This document shows, piece by piece, positions 14,472 through 22,030 of a stretch of 24,000 nt of DNA; within the stretch, counting starts at the first letter, position 1; every line of letters begins with the position of its first letter. The position numbers and the translations under genes were made by a program. This DNA is from Vibrio phage vB_ValM_R10Z, in sequence record MT612988.1; one strand, given 5' to 3'. The notes under the pieces were generated by a model that saw nothing but the letters and a program-made list of their open reading frames with translations, was not told the DNA's origin and did not search any database.

Positions 14472-15233
14472 CTAACGATTAACGCTATTCCCTCGATAGT
14501 CAAGTAGACCATTAGGAAAATTGCGTGAAATATGCTCTTCAATGTGCTTATCAATTTCATCGAATGCCTCAGTGGCTGGCTTATTGATGAATACGTCACA
14601 CATACGAATCGCTTCGTTTAGTGCAGAATGCTTTTCAGTGTCAATGCCAGTCGGGTTAATAAGAATGAATTTACAGCCCGTCGCAGACAAATCCCAATGA
14701 ATCGGGTTAATCTCAAGCGTCGAACCAACAACAATTGCAATGTCAGTCGGCAATAGAGTGTCAATATCACCCCAGAAGTGAGTGTATAATGGTGCGCCTT
14801 CATTGAAGAACACAACACCCGGTTTATCACGACGACCTGTACGCAACTCGTATTCATTGTACCCGATGTCAATAACTGTACTGTCTTTTGACGTGTAATC
14901 TTGCACGATCTTTGTCAACTCACCGTGAATATGCTTAACGTCTTTACAACCTGCACGCTCAAGTAAATCTGATACGTTCGCAGTGTAGTTGTCAACGTCG
15001 TATTTTTCACACAGTTCAGCAATTTTGTAGTGTGCTGAATTCGGGTGAACTTCAGCTAATTGTTTACGACGCTCATTGTAGAAACGATGTGTCACTTCAT
15101 AATTGTTTGCAAATGTGTTGATGTTACACACTTCCATAATGTCGTGGTTTTCCCACAGACCGTTTGCGTCTCGAAACGTGCTGATACCTGATTCTGCATC
15201 AAGACCTGCACCGCTAAAAATAAAAATTCTCAA
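14472..15233 (-). CDS. Sir2/CobB-like sirtuin-family protein (divergent)
   Basis: 'MRIFIFSGAGLDAESGISTFRDANGLWENHD', 'RFYNERRKQLAEVHPNSAHYKIAEL', 'DNYTANVSDLLERAGCKDVKHIHGEL', 'PGVVFFNE', 'AIVVGSTLEINPI', close to the E. coli CobB layout. Confidence 0.85.
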   Translation of the reverse strand: MRIFIFSGAGLDAESGISTFRDANGLWENHDIMEVCNINTFANNYEVTHRFYNERRKQLAEVHPNSAHYKIAELCEKYDVDNYTANVSDLLERAGCKDVKHIHGELTKIVQDYTSKDSTVIDIGYNEYELRTGRRDKPGVVFFNEGAPLYTHFWGDIDTLLPTDIAIVVGSTLEINPIHWDLSATGCKFILINPTGIDTEKHSALNEAIRMCDVFINKPATEAFDEIDKHIEEHISRNFPNGLLDYRGNSVNR

Positions 15234-15598
15234 AATGATTCCTTAATTGTCGCTGAGGGACCTTGTTGCCACTCAGAGTATTGTTGCTTAACTAACTCGT
15301 CAGGAATATCATAACGCACGAAAAACGTGTTATAAACTTTTCCGTTTACAGTATTTGATTCACCGAACCACGTTTCAACTTCTTGAACTTTAAACCATTC
15401 TTTGGCTTCGGCTAACGTCATGCCAGTATAGCGGCGAATCTCATTATATACACCATACAATGCTTCTTTGATGTATATCGAATCCATTTCGCCGTCTTCA
15501 TGAACAGGAATGGCAAAAATATCACAGTGTAATTCAGGGTCATACACGTCTGAACTGCGATATTCATCTGCGAGTCGTTCCATTAAATCATCACTCAT
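15230..15598 (-). CDS. hypothetical protein
   Basis: Track ORF starts at 15664, but ATGA overlap with the upstream gene stop and an AATCGAGG RBS support MSDDLMERLADEYRSSDVYDPEL at 15598. Confidence 0.7.
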   Translation of the reverse strand: MSDDLMERLADEYRSSDVYDPELHCDIFAIPVHEDGEMDSIYIKEALYGVYNEIRRYTGMTLAEAKEWFKVQEVETWFGESNTVNGKVYNTFFVRYDIPDELVKQQYSEWQQGPSATIKESF

Positions 15599-15855
15599 GA
15601 GCATACCTCGATTAAAGTTTCGACTGCTTGTTTCGTTGGGTTTGCAATGGTTGCTAAATGCCACTCTTCACCGTAAAGCTCATAACACGACCATGTCTGG
15701 TCTTCTTCGTTGAAGTAAGGACGATCAGTCCATCCCGTGACGTAACCGTTCCCGTCAACAGTCACATACTCAGTTTCGTGGTCTACAACTAACGGTATAC
15801 CGCTCACGTTTACGACAGTTGAACAACCTTTGTTCATTGATAGTAAATAGCTCAT
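15595..15855 (-). CDS. hypothetical protein
   Basis: 86 aa ORF 'MSYLLSMNKGCSTVVNVSGIPLVVDHETEYVTVDGNGYVTGWTDRPYFNEED', operon context. Confidence 0.7.
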   Translation of the reverse strand: MSYLLSMNKGCSTVVNVSGIPLVVDHETEYVTVDGNGYVTGWTDRPYFNEEDQTWSCYELYGEEWHLATIANPTKQAVETLIEVCS

Positions 15856-15856
15856 G

Positions 15857-16564
15857 TTATGCTCCTATTGTTTTCATCATTGCTCGTTTTTGAGCGGGTG
15901 TCATGTCCAATTCTTCAATTGAAGTCATGATTTCATCGATTTGACGCGAAGTTACTTGAATGTTGTCACACGTAATAGGCTTAGAATCGTCTATAACGCG
16001 CACTACGCGCTGTTTCATGTTCGGCAGTAGTACTTTACTAACCTGACAGCGTTTACGCGATACAGTACGTTTGAAGTCGCCTATCGTGATTTCAAAGTGT
16101 TTACCTTGGCGCTGTGCTTCAGTCGCGTACTTCACGTATAGCTTAGTGATCTCAAGATCAGTCATCGGTGTTTCAATAACTTCACCTTTGTAGCGATCAA
16201 GATATGACTGAATAATGCTTTTGACTTTCGTCTCATCTGCAAGAAGACGTTGAATCTGCTTCAGTGTATGAGCTTCTTCAGCATTTGCTTTACTCACGGG
16301 CTGATTCTGCTCGATGTAGTTACACTTTACGTTGTTTGCAAGCTGAGTCACAAGAACACAGTTCTTTGGTTCATACGGCATAGACTCGTCAATACGCTCA
16401 ACAGTCGCACGCATTTTCTTGCTGCTTTGATTAAACGGGTGGTTTGTGTATGCACAACGACCACCGTTCTTCATGCTTTGTAATGTTTTCCATTGTTCTT
16501 CAGTGAAGTTGAATGCAATACCGCGTTTTTCACACTCTGCTTTCTTTGTGTTGTAGCTGCTCAT
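15857..16564 (-). CDS. HNH-nuclease-like protein (degenerate motif)
   Basis: 'GGRCAYTNHPFNQSSKKMRATVERIDESMPYEPKNCVLVTQLANNVKCNY' resembles phage HNH proteins (CxyTGxpl...DRIDxxxGYxxxNvxxvcxxxNxxK). Confidence 0.5.
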   Translation of the reverse strand: MSSYNTKKAECEKRGIAFNFTEEQWKTLQSMKNGGRCAYTNHPFNQSSKKMRATVERIDESMPYEPKNCVLVTQLANNVKCNYIEQNQPVSKANAEEAHTLKQIQRLLADETKVKSIIQSYLDRYKGEVIETPMTDLEITKLYVKYATEAQRQGKHFEITIGDFKRTVSRKRCQVSKVLLPNMKQRVVRVIDDSKPITCDNIQVTSRQIDEIMTSIEELDMTPAQKRAMMKTIGA

Positions 16565-16567
16565 AAT

Positions 16568-16969
16568 TTATTCCTCAATCATACCTTGGCTTACTAGTGA
16601 ACCTTTGAAACGTTTAAGAACGCCTTCCCATGCTTCGTCTGTGTAAGCATCAATATTGAACACTGCGCGAATCTTGTCAAAAAGTTCTCGACGCTGTTCG
16701 AGTGGCATTTCTTTGCAGAATATCATGATTGCACCTTGATATTCACGTGCTGTCTCATGCAAACCTTTGTACATAAGATGATGTAGATCTAGACCTTTAT
16801 GGTCAATTTCATGTGAAATCTCGCGTGATAGATGCTCACGCTTCATTTCAGTTTTGAAAATATACTTGCCTTCATCACCAGCAGCAAGTTGACCCATGTC
16901 GTAGATTTTCTTGTGCATCTCTTCAAGACGCCCGATTTTCTTTTCCCACATTTGATAAAATTCTGACAT
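16568..16969 (-). CDS. hypothetical protein
   Basis: 133 aa ORF in operon context. Confidence 0.75.
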   Translation of the reverse strand: MSEFYQMWEKKIGRLEEMHKKIYDMGQLAAGDEGKYIFKTEMKREHLSREISHEIDHKGLDLHHLMYKGLHETAREYQGAIMIFCKEMPLEQRRELFDKIRAVFNIDAYTDEAWEGVLKRFKGSLVSQGMIEE

Positions 16970-16971
16970 GA

Positions 16972-17301
16972 TTAACCCTCAAATGATTCGATAAGACGAA
17001 AGTTTTCGTAGTCTGCTTCTGAAGCAGCACGCCAATGTTTAAGTGAAACTTTACCCGCTGCTTTGATTTTGTCAATAAGCTGTGCTGACTCATAACCTGG
17101 CCATGCACATTTCTTTTCAACTGTAGTGCTCCACAGTTTGCGACTTTCACAATATGAACCTTTCGAATCCATGAAAAGCACTTCATGCAGCATGATTGTA
17201 CCATCTTCAAGGCGCATTGCTACTTTTTGGTGTTCTGCACGCATAGAATAAACGACTTTGATTTCAGCAAATTTGATGTCGAATTTAGTTTGGTCAGTCA
17301 T
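16972..17301 (-). CDS. hypothetical protein
   Basis: 109 aa ORF with AAAGAGAGAACATTATG RBS/start and upstream predicted promoter. Confidence 0.75.
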   Translation of the reverse strand: MTDQTKFDIKFAEIKVVYSMRAEHQKVAMRLEDGTIMLHEVLFMDSKGSYCESRKLWSTTVEKKCAWPGYESAQLIDKIKAAGKVSLKHWRAASEADYENFRLIESFEG

Positions 17302-17345
17302 AATGTTCTCTCTTTGTTTTAGGTCAACATCGTGTTGATGTAGCT

Positions 17346-17375
17346 ATAATACACAAAAGGGCTGACCGCAGTCAA
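17346..17375 (-). promoter_or_regulatory. predicted sigma70-type promoter
   Basis: Minus strand TTGACT (17370..17375) - 18 nt - TATTAT (17346..17351), followed after 5 nt by CATCAA. Confidence 0.65.
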
Positions 17376-17382
17376 CCCTTTT
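17355..17382 (-). terminator. intrinsic terminator overlapping the stop of 17372..18133
   Basis: Minus strand AAAAGGGTTGAC-TGCG-GTCAGCCCTTTTG. Confidence 0.7.
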
Positions 17383-18133
17383 CTTCAAGAATATTCAAAT
17401 TATATTTCGGCTTCATGTAATGACTCATGTTTGCACAAATGAAATCACATGCCCAATTCTTAGTAAGCCGTGTAATTGTCTTCTTCAACGCATGATTCCA
17501 CGCATTCAACGGCATCATTCCGTGAACAATGTATCGTTCAATTGCGATTACCGAAATTTCTTCGTGGAATAAATTGATCTTGTCTTCGAACGACAATTGT
17601 TCGAACTTCTCTTTACTGACTAAAACATCACAGCCGTCTTTGAGAATTTTCTCATACAACGGGCGGTTAGGTGCTGCGACCATTCGATGAAGCTCATCAT
17701 GTTCATACACGTATCGAACTTTGTCATTAAAGAAGTCGTCTGCGTCTTTGTTCAAACACAGATAATCTTTATTGCCAAGCTCTTTTCGCCAATGATTTGT
17801 CAACGCTGCGTATAGCTCAGGCTTGATTTTGCAGAATCGCGATAGCGCCATAACATCACGCTTGTGCTTGTCCCACAATGTCGAACCACCAAACTGACTG
17901 TACCCGACTTTATGCTCATCCCAACCAAGATGACTGCATTTTATCGTGTAGATTTCGTCAGCAGTTGCTATATCACCGTCGAACATCTGCAATATATCGA
18001 CGGGCATGACAATAAAATCATCCCCGTCGTTAGCCGAGTCGGGCGAGTCTACGAATACATCTAGATCTTTAATGGTCTTACGCAGTCGAATACCATTATG
18101 ATGTAACGCAGTTGACCCGACAACAATACGCAT
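17372..18133 (-). CDS. nucleotidyltransferase-like protein
   Basis: N-terminus 'MRIVVGSTALHHNGIRLRKTIKDLDVFVDSP' fits a GS...DxD nucleotidyltransferase motif; remainder unassigned. Confidence 0.5.
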   Translation of the reverse strand: MRIVVGSTALHHNGIRLRKTIKDLDVFVDSPDSANDGDDFIVMPVDILQMFDGDIATADEIYTIKCSHLGWDEHKVGYSQFGGSTLWDKHKRDVMALSRFCKIKPELYAALTNHWRKELGNKDYLCLNKDADDFFNDKVRYVYEHDELHRMVAAPNRPLYEKILKDGCDVLVSKEKFEQLSFEDKINLFHEEISVIAIERYIVHGMMPLNAWNHALKKTITRLTKNWACDFICANMSHYMKPKYNLNILEEKG

Positions 18134-18429
18134 TACTGAGGAGTGCTCACGTATTGGGTGATTGTAACTTGCTTTGGGTAAACTTCAACGAAGTGGTCCC
18201 CGTAGTTGTCGTAACCGTGGTAGCTGTAGTAGCTGTATTCAGTCTTGAAGTAACGACCGTCTTTTTCAAGAATCGTGTAGCAGTACTCAGAACCACCTTC
18301 ACCACCGCCGTCTTGGTCGATGAACTTCACACCAGGGAAGTCACCATAACCATCTAGTAGAAAGTCAAGATAGTCTTTGTCGTCGTAGTCTTCACCAAGA
18401 ATTTCTTCAAATGTATAACGATTTGTCAT
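18133..18429 (-). CDS. hypothetical acidic Tyr/Gly/Asp-rich protein
   Basis: 98 aa ORF with ATGA-type overlaps on both sides. Confidence 0.7.
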   Translation of the reverse strand: MTNRYTFEEILGEDYDDKDYLDFLLDGYGDFPGVKFIDQDGGGEGGSEYCYTILEKDGRYFKTEYSYYSYHGYDNYGDHFVEVYPKQVTITQYVSTPQ

Positions 18430-18752
18430 TTATTTTCACCATTTTTTTCAGTTTTTGCTTTGTGTTCGTTTTCCTTTCGCTCCCATTTAGCGAGCTTGTT
18501 ACGAACAACGTTCATGATTTCAGCTTCAGTGATGTTCGGGTTATCGACGTAAATTAGGTCAATTAGACACAGAATACCATCAACCGATTCACCTAGAATC
18601 CCGTCAACGTCAGCGTTTTTGTACGACGTACCGTACTTGACGCGAACTTCAGTTGCTAGTTCGCCTACTTCTTCAACAACGCTCATGTGAACGTCTTTTA
18701 CTGTTCGACCGTTGTCGATTCGCTTACTTGAAGCTAGAATTTCATTGATCAT
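18426..18752 (-). CDS. MazG-like NTP pyrophosphohydrolase
   Basis: 'SVVEEVGELATEVRVKYGTSYKNADVDGILGESVDGILCLIDL' (ExxE...ExxD pattern). Confidence 0.7.
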   Translation of the reverse strand: MINEILASSKRIDNGRTVKDVHMSVVEEVGELATEVRVKYGTSYKNADVDGILGESVDGILCLIDLIYVDNPNITEAEIMNVVRNKLAKWERKENEHKAKTEKNGENK

Positions 18753-19138
18753 AGAGTATTCAACACATCAACAATTTGAATTTTTTCAACAGTGTGAAAT
18801 CCGTATTCACAGTAAGGCATTTGTTCAGAAATGAACTGAATATCATCTTCACTGAACTCAGGGTATACTTCTGAGTTCGGACGCTCTTGACATTCGCCTT
18901 CTGTCCAACTCGCCAGAGAATCACCAGAAAGATGTACGAGCGTTTCAAATCGCTCAACTTCTTCACTCGATGCCGGTTTCAAATCGCCAACGTAATCACC
19001 ATCATTGGTGTCAACTTCTACGTAAATATGTAACGCCATTACAAATTCCTCATTATTGTGCCTATTAAAGCGAAAACAATCGCCGAGATGAACAATACAA
19101 CCCACCCAGCGACTGTATGACCCGAAATGATGAGCCAT
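18749..19138 (-). CDS. hypothetical acidic protein
   Basis: 129 aa ORF; the N-terminal reading overlaps the next gene by 100 nt. The internal start MALHIYVEVDTNDGDYVGDLKP at 19038 is more likely. Confidence 0.6.
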   Translation of the reverse strand: MAHHFGSYSRWVGCIVHLGDCFRFNRHNNEEFVMALHIYVEVDTNDGDYVGDLKPASSEEVERFETLVHLSGDSLASWTEGECQERPNSEVYPEFSEDDIQFISEQMPYCEYGFHTVEKIQIVDVLNTL

Positions 19139-19245
19139 GCACCGAAGATAAGCCCGCCAACTGACAATCCGAGAATAACCAACATTGCGACGATACCGAA
19201 CGCAATCAATGTCAACAACCCCGTTACGAACTCACCTAAGTTCAT
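19039..19245 (-). CDS. small membrane protein, two predicted TM helices
   Basis: 'MNLGEFVTGLLTLIAFGIVAMLVILGLSVGGLIFGAWLIISGHTVAGWVVLFISAIVFALIG'; GGTGAG RBS supports start 19245. Confidence 0.75.
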   Translation of the reverse strand: MNLGEFVTGLLTLIAFGIVAMLVILGLSVGGLIFGAWLIISGHTVAGWVVLFISAIVFALIGTIMRNL

Positions 19246-19246
19246 G

Positions 19247-19441
19247 TTACTCACCAATTTCAAAGTCAAAAAGATAGTGAATCTTGCCGTCAGTTAGCGA
19301 ATCGCCGATGAGCGGGTCGTTAGCTGCAACAACTTTGCTGTACGGAAGTTTGATAAGCTCACCGTCGATTGTGTCAATTCGCTCAATTACAATGATCGGC
19401 GTACCTGTTTTCAGTTCAAAATAATCTGTTTTACTAATCAC
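19247..19441 (-). CDS. hypothetical protein
   Basis: 64 aa ORF with ATGA overlap with td. Confidence 0.7.
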   Translation of the reverse strand: MISKTDYFELKTGTPIIVIERIDTIDGELIKLPYSKVVAANDPLIGDSLTDGKIHYLFDFEIGE

Positions 19442-20340
19442 GACATTTTACCTTTTAGGGTTGGGTATGGGTCATAGTCATATACGCGAAAATCACTTGC
19501 GCGTTTAGTTAACAACTGTGACAACGTTTCAAATTCAGGAAGTTCAATCTGAGGTAGCGCACGCGGCGTACGTCTCATTTGCTTCATTACTTGTATTAGA
19601 TGATCTTCATAAATGTGAACATCACCACCAGAGAAAATCAATTCACCGACACCTAAGCCAGTCAATTTAGCTAGTATATGCACTAGCAAAGCATACGATG
19701 CGATATTGAACGGTAGACCTAAGAATGTGTCAACTGAACGCTGATTCCATTTCAAGCTGATCTTACCATTACGCACGAACACTTGAAAGCCGTAATGACA
19801 TGGCGGTAGAGCTACGTCAACTGAGTTACTTTCAGTATGGAAGTACGGGTCCCATGCTTCAACAAGCATACGACGTTGCGCACTTTGCGTCGGGTCTTCA
19901 TTAACCGCTGCAATATCGCACAGCAATTGATGAATCTGGTCAAACTCAACAATTTCTCGCTCTGCATTTACAGATAGACGTTTACGCCACACTTTGCCAT
20001 AGACATAACCAAGGTCGTCTTCATTGCGAACAATACCTGCTTCTTTCGCACGCTCGTTCAGCTCGTCGAGATTTTGTTGCCAGATACAGAAATCTTCGTC
20101 TGATAATTCAGTGTATTTTCTCAGTTCAGAAATCGAACCTGAACCGCTCAAGAACCATAGCAACTCACCGAAAATAGCTCTTGTCGCCATTTTCTTAGTC
20201 GTTAGCAACGGGAAACCTTTTTCTAAGTCCCATCGAAGCTCACGCGAAACAACACTAACAGTATTCGTGCCTGTTCTATTCTCAAGAAAATCACCATTTT
20301 CTAGAATATCTTTACAAAGTTCCAAGTAGTTTTTCATCAA
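19438..20340 (-). CDS. td: thymidylate synthase (uninterrupted)
   Basis: 'GTNTVSVVSRELRWDLEKGFPLLTTKK', catalytic 'ALPPCHYGFQVFVRNGKISLKWNQRSVDTFLGLPFNIASYALL', 'GDVHIYEDHL'. Confidence 0.97.
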   Translation of the reverse strand: MMKNYLELCKDILENGDFLENRTGTNTVSVVSRELRWDLEKGFPLLTTKKMATRAIFGELLWFLSGSGSISELRKYTELSDEDFCIWQQNLDELNERAKEAGIVRNEDDLGYVYGKVWRKRLSVNAEREIVEFDQIHQLLCDIAAVNEDPTQSAQRRMLVEAWDPYFHTESNSVDVALPPCHYGFQVFVRNGKISLKWNQRSVDTFLGLPFNIASYALLVHILAKLTGLGVGELIFSGGDVHIYEDHLIQVMKQMRRTPRALPQIELPEFETLSQLLTKRASDFRVYDYDPYPTLKGKMS

Positions 20341-20346
20341 TTACCT

Positions 20347-20550
20347 TTAAAAATCATCGTCCCATACTGCTTGCACGGGAGTACATTGCATCAACTGACC
20401 GTCAATTTCATAAGTCTCTGATTGCGGTTGAGTACTGTAAGATGTAGGTTGTTCAGCCCCAAACAACGTACCAGCAGCTACCGACGCTAGAATCCCTAGA
20501 ATCGCAATCAAAACAATCAATTCGATCAGAGTAAAACCTTTAGATTTCAT
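20347..20550 (-). CDS. type IV prepilin/pseudopilin-like small protein
   Basis: 67 aa: 'MKSKGFTLIELIVLIAILGILASVAAGTLFG...' with canonical prepilin peptidase site KG|FTLIE and a hydrophobic helix. Confidence 0.8.
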   Translation of the reverse strand: MKSKGFTLIELIVLIAILGILASVAAGTLFGAEQPTSYSTQPQSETYEIDGQLMQCTPVQAVWDDDF

Positions 20551-20586
20551 AATATTACACTCACAAAGTTAGTTAATAAACAGTTT

Positions 20587-20817
20587 TTACGGCAGTTTGC
20601 TCGTTTTGCGTGCTTGCTTTGCCGTTTCAGGTAGTTTCACTTCAAAGTGCTCTGCTTGTGAAACGTACAATACGCGCTCTGCAAGTAATTCACCGTTCTC
20701 GTAAACAGTCGTAATGAATTCAGGACCAGAAGAGCTATTTTTAACATCAACACCTGGTTTTGTCATTAGCTCTTCAAAGCGAGTCGCAGTAGTCAATTTA
20801 AGATTTAAGTTATCCAT
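20587..20817 (-). CDS. hypothetical protein
   Basis: 76 aa ORF in operon context. Confidence 0.7.
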   Translation of the reverse strand: MDNLNLKLTTATRFEELMTKPGVDVKNSSSGPEFITTVYENGELLAERVLYVSQAEHFEVKLPETAKQARKTSKLP

Positions 20818-21253
20818 GATGAGAATGAAACCCCTCTAAGTATTTTGCAAGTTCATATGTTCGACCGTATTTGTAGAACATATCTGAATCAAAGTCGCGA
20901 CGCTTTAGACCTTCGCCGATCTTACGCAGTTCACGCCATTCTTTCATTTCGGCTTGAACTTGCATTAGCGTGTCGTCGCCAATGAATGCTACACCTGTTA
21001 GTGAGTGATGTAAACCTTCTTCTTGAAAAAATGTAATGTCTTCAACAACACCCATTTCACGAATTGTCTCTTCGATTTCTTCAAGATGGTCATGACTAGC
21101 CGCTGACAGAACACAAATCGTCTCGTGATCATTCAGCCACTTATTGAAAACTGGGTTATCTGCTTTACGCGCAAGACGTAGAAGCGCATGTGCACCTTGA
21201 ATACCAGCTTGAATACCTTTACAATAGCGATTTACAAATACGTAACCTTTCAA
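20810..21253 (-). CDS. peptidyl-tRNA hydrolase 2 (PTH2)-like protein
   Basis: 'KGYVFVNRYCKGIQAGIQGAHALLRLARKA...FNKWLNDHETICVLSAASHDHLEEIEETIREMG...FFQEEGLHHSLTGVAFIG' follows the PTH2 pattern (GkiaaQ.aHA...). Confidence 0.55.
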   Translation of the reverse strand: MKGYVFVNRYCKGIQAGIQGAHALLRLARKADNPVFNKWLNDHETICVLSAASHDHLEEIEETIREMGVVEDITFFQEEGLHHSLTGVAFIGDDTLMQVQAEMKEWRELRKIGEGLKRRDFDSDMFYKYGRTYELAKYLEGFHSHHG

Positions 21254-21495
21254 ATCTTTTCCTCACAATACATAAAGCCATGAGCGTTTCTAGTTAATTC
21301 ACTCACAACTGTGCCATTAATCATGTCGATGTTCACAGTGTTCAATTGAACTTCATTACCTGCGTCATCAACAAGTCGTAGAAAATCACCACGTGCCCAT
21401 AGACACGGTGCAATATCAACCAACTGACCAAAAAAGCTCTCTTGGTCTAGTCTTTCAGTGACCTCGATATAGTCACCAAGTCTAATTTGCTTCAT
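21250..21495 (-). CDS. hypothetical protein
   Basis: 81 aa, beta-rich 'MKQIRLGDYIEVTERLDQESFFGQLVDIAPCLWARGDFLRLVDDAGNEV'; overlaps with neighbours. Confidence 0.7.
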   Translation of the reverse strand: MKQIRLGDYIEVTERLDQESFFGQLVDIAPCLWARGDFLRLVDDAGNEVQLNTVNIDMINGTVVSELTRNAHGFMYCEEKI

Positions 21496-21880
21496 TTTGC
21501 TTTCTGCTTATATCAATCAAAAAGAATTTATCATGGTTTTGCTTATTTTCATTACGATATATCGTCGTAATCAAAATACAACCTTTAATTCCCTTCTCAA
21601 ATATTATGTAAATATCTTCACGCTTGATAGCAAGCTCACGCTTTTCAGCACTGTAATACCAATACAGAACTTCACCTAAGTGCTTGTTTACTGTATGATA
21701 CAGCATTCTACGCAATGTTGAATGTTCAGCAGCACAGAATCGGTCATATACTCGATGTGTGAAGTGTTTCTTCATCACAAAGTCAACAGTCCCGACTAAG
21801 CCACGCTGCTTCTCAATCGCGTAATTGTTGAATTCAAATGAAAATCTTTTCCATTTGTACATGAACGAATGCAAATTCAT
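21482..21880 (-). CDS. hypothetical protein
   Basis: 132 aa ORF in operon context; ATGA overlap at the 5' end. Confidence 0.7.
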   Translation of the reverse strand: MNLHSFMYKWKRFSFEFNNYAIEKQRGLVGTVDFVMKKHFTHRVYDRFCAAEHSTLRRMLYHTVNKHLGEVLYWYYSAEKRELAIKREDIYIIFEKGIKGCILITTIYRNENKQNHDKFFLIDISRKQNEAN

Positions 21881-22014
21881 AACGTTTTTTCAAACTCATT
21901 GATTTGCGAATTAAGCTCTTCGCGAGTACGAGCAACTAAAACAGTACCGTCTTTGTATGTCGCGATGAACTGAGCTTTCTTTTCGATTGTCCAATCTAAG
22001 CGATTCGTTGTCAT
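21877..22014 (-). CDS. small hypothetical protein
   Basis: 'MTTNRLDWTIEKKAQFIATYKDGTVLVARTREELNSQINEFEKTL'; AAAAGAGAACAATATTATG supports this start over 22062. Confidence 0.7.
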   Translation of the reverse strand: MTTNRLDWTIEKKAQFIATYKDGTVLVARTREELNSQINEFEKTL

Positions 22015-22030
22015 AATATTGTTCTCTTTT

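Noticed and set aside
14618-14872. Minus-strand out-of-frame ORF inside the Sir2-like gene
   Set aside because: Completely nested in a strongly supported frame.
16923-17210. Minus-strand 95-aa ORF overlapping two genes
   Set aside because: Out-of-frame overlap of 16568..16969 and 16972..17301, both with better context and start signals.
18760-18966. Minus-strand out-of-frame ORF in 18749..19138
   Set aside because: Nested alternative frame, no RBS, neighbour overlap pattern favours the longer frame.
20024-20329. Plus-strand ORF opposite td
   Set aside because: Antisense to the N-terminus of thymidylate synthase.
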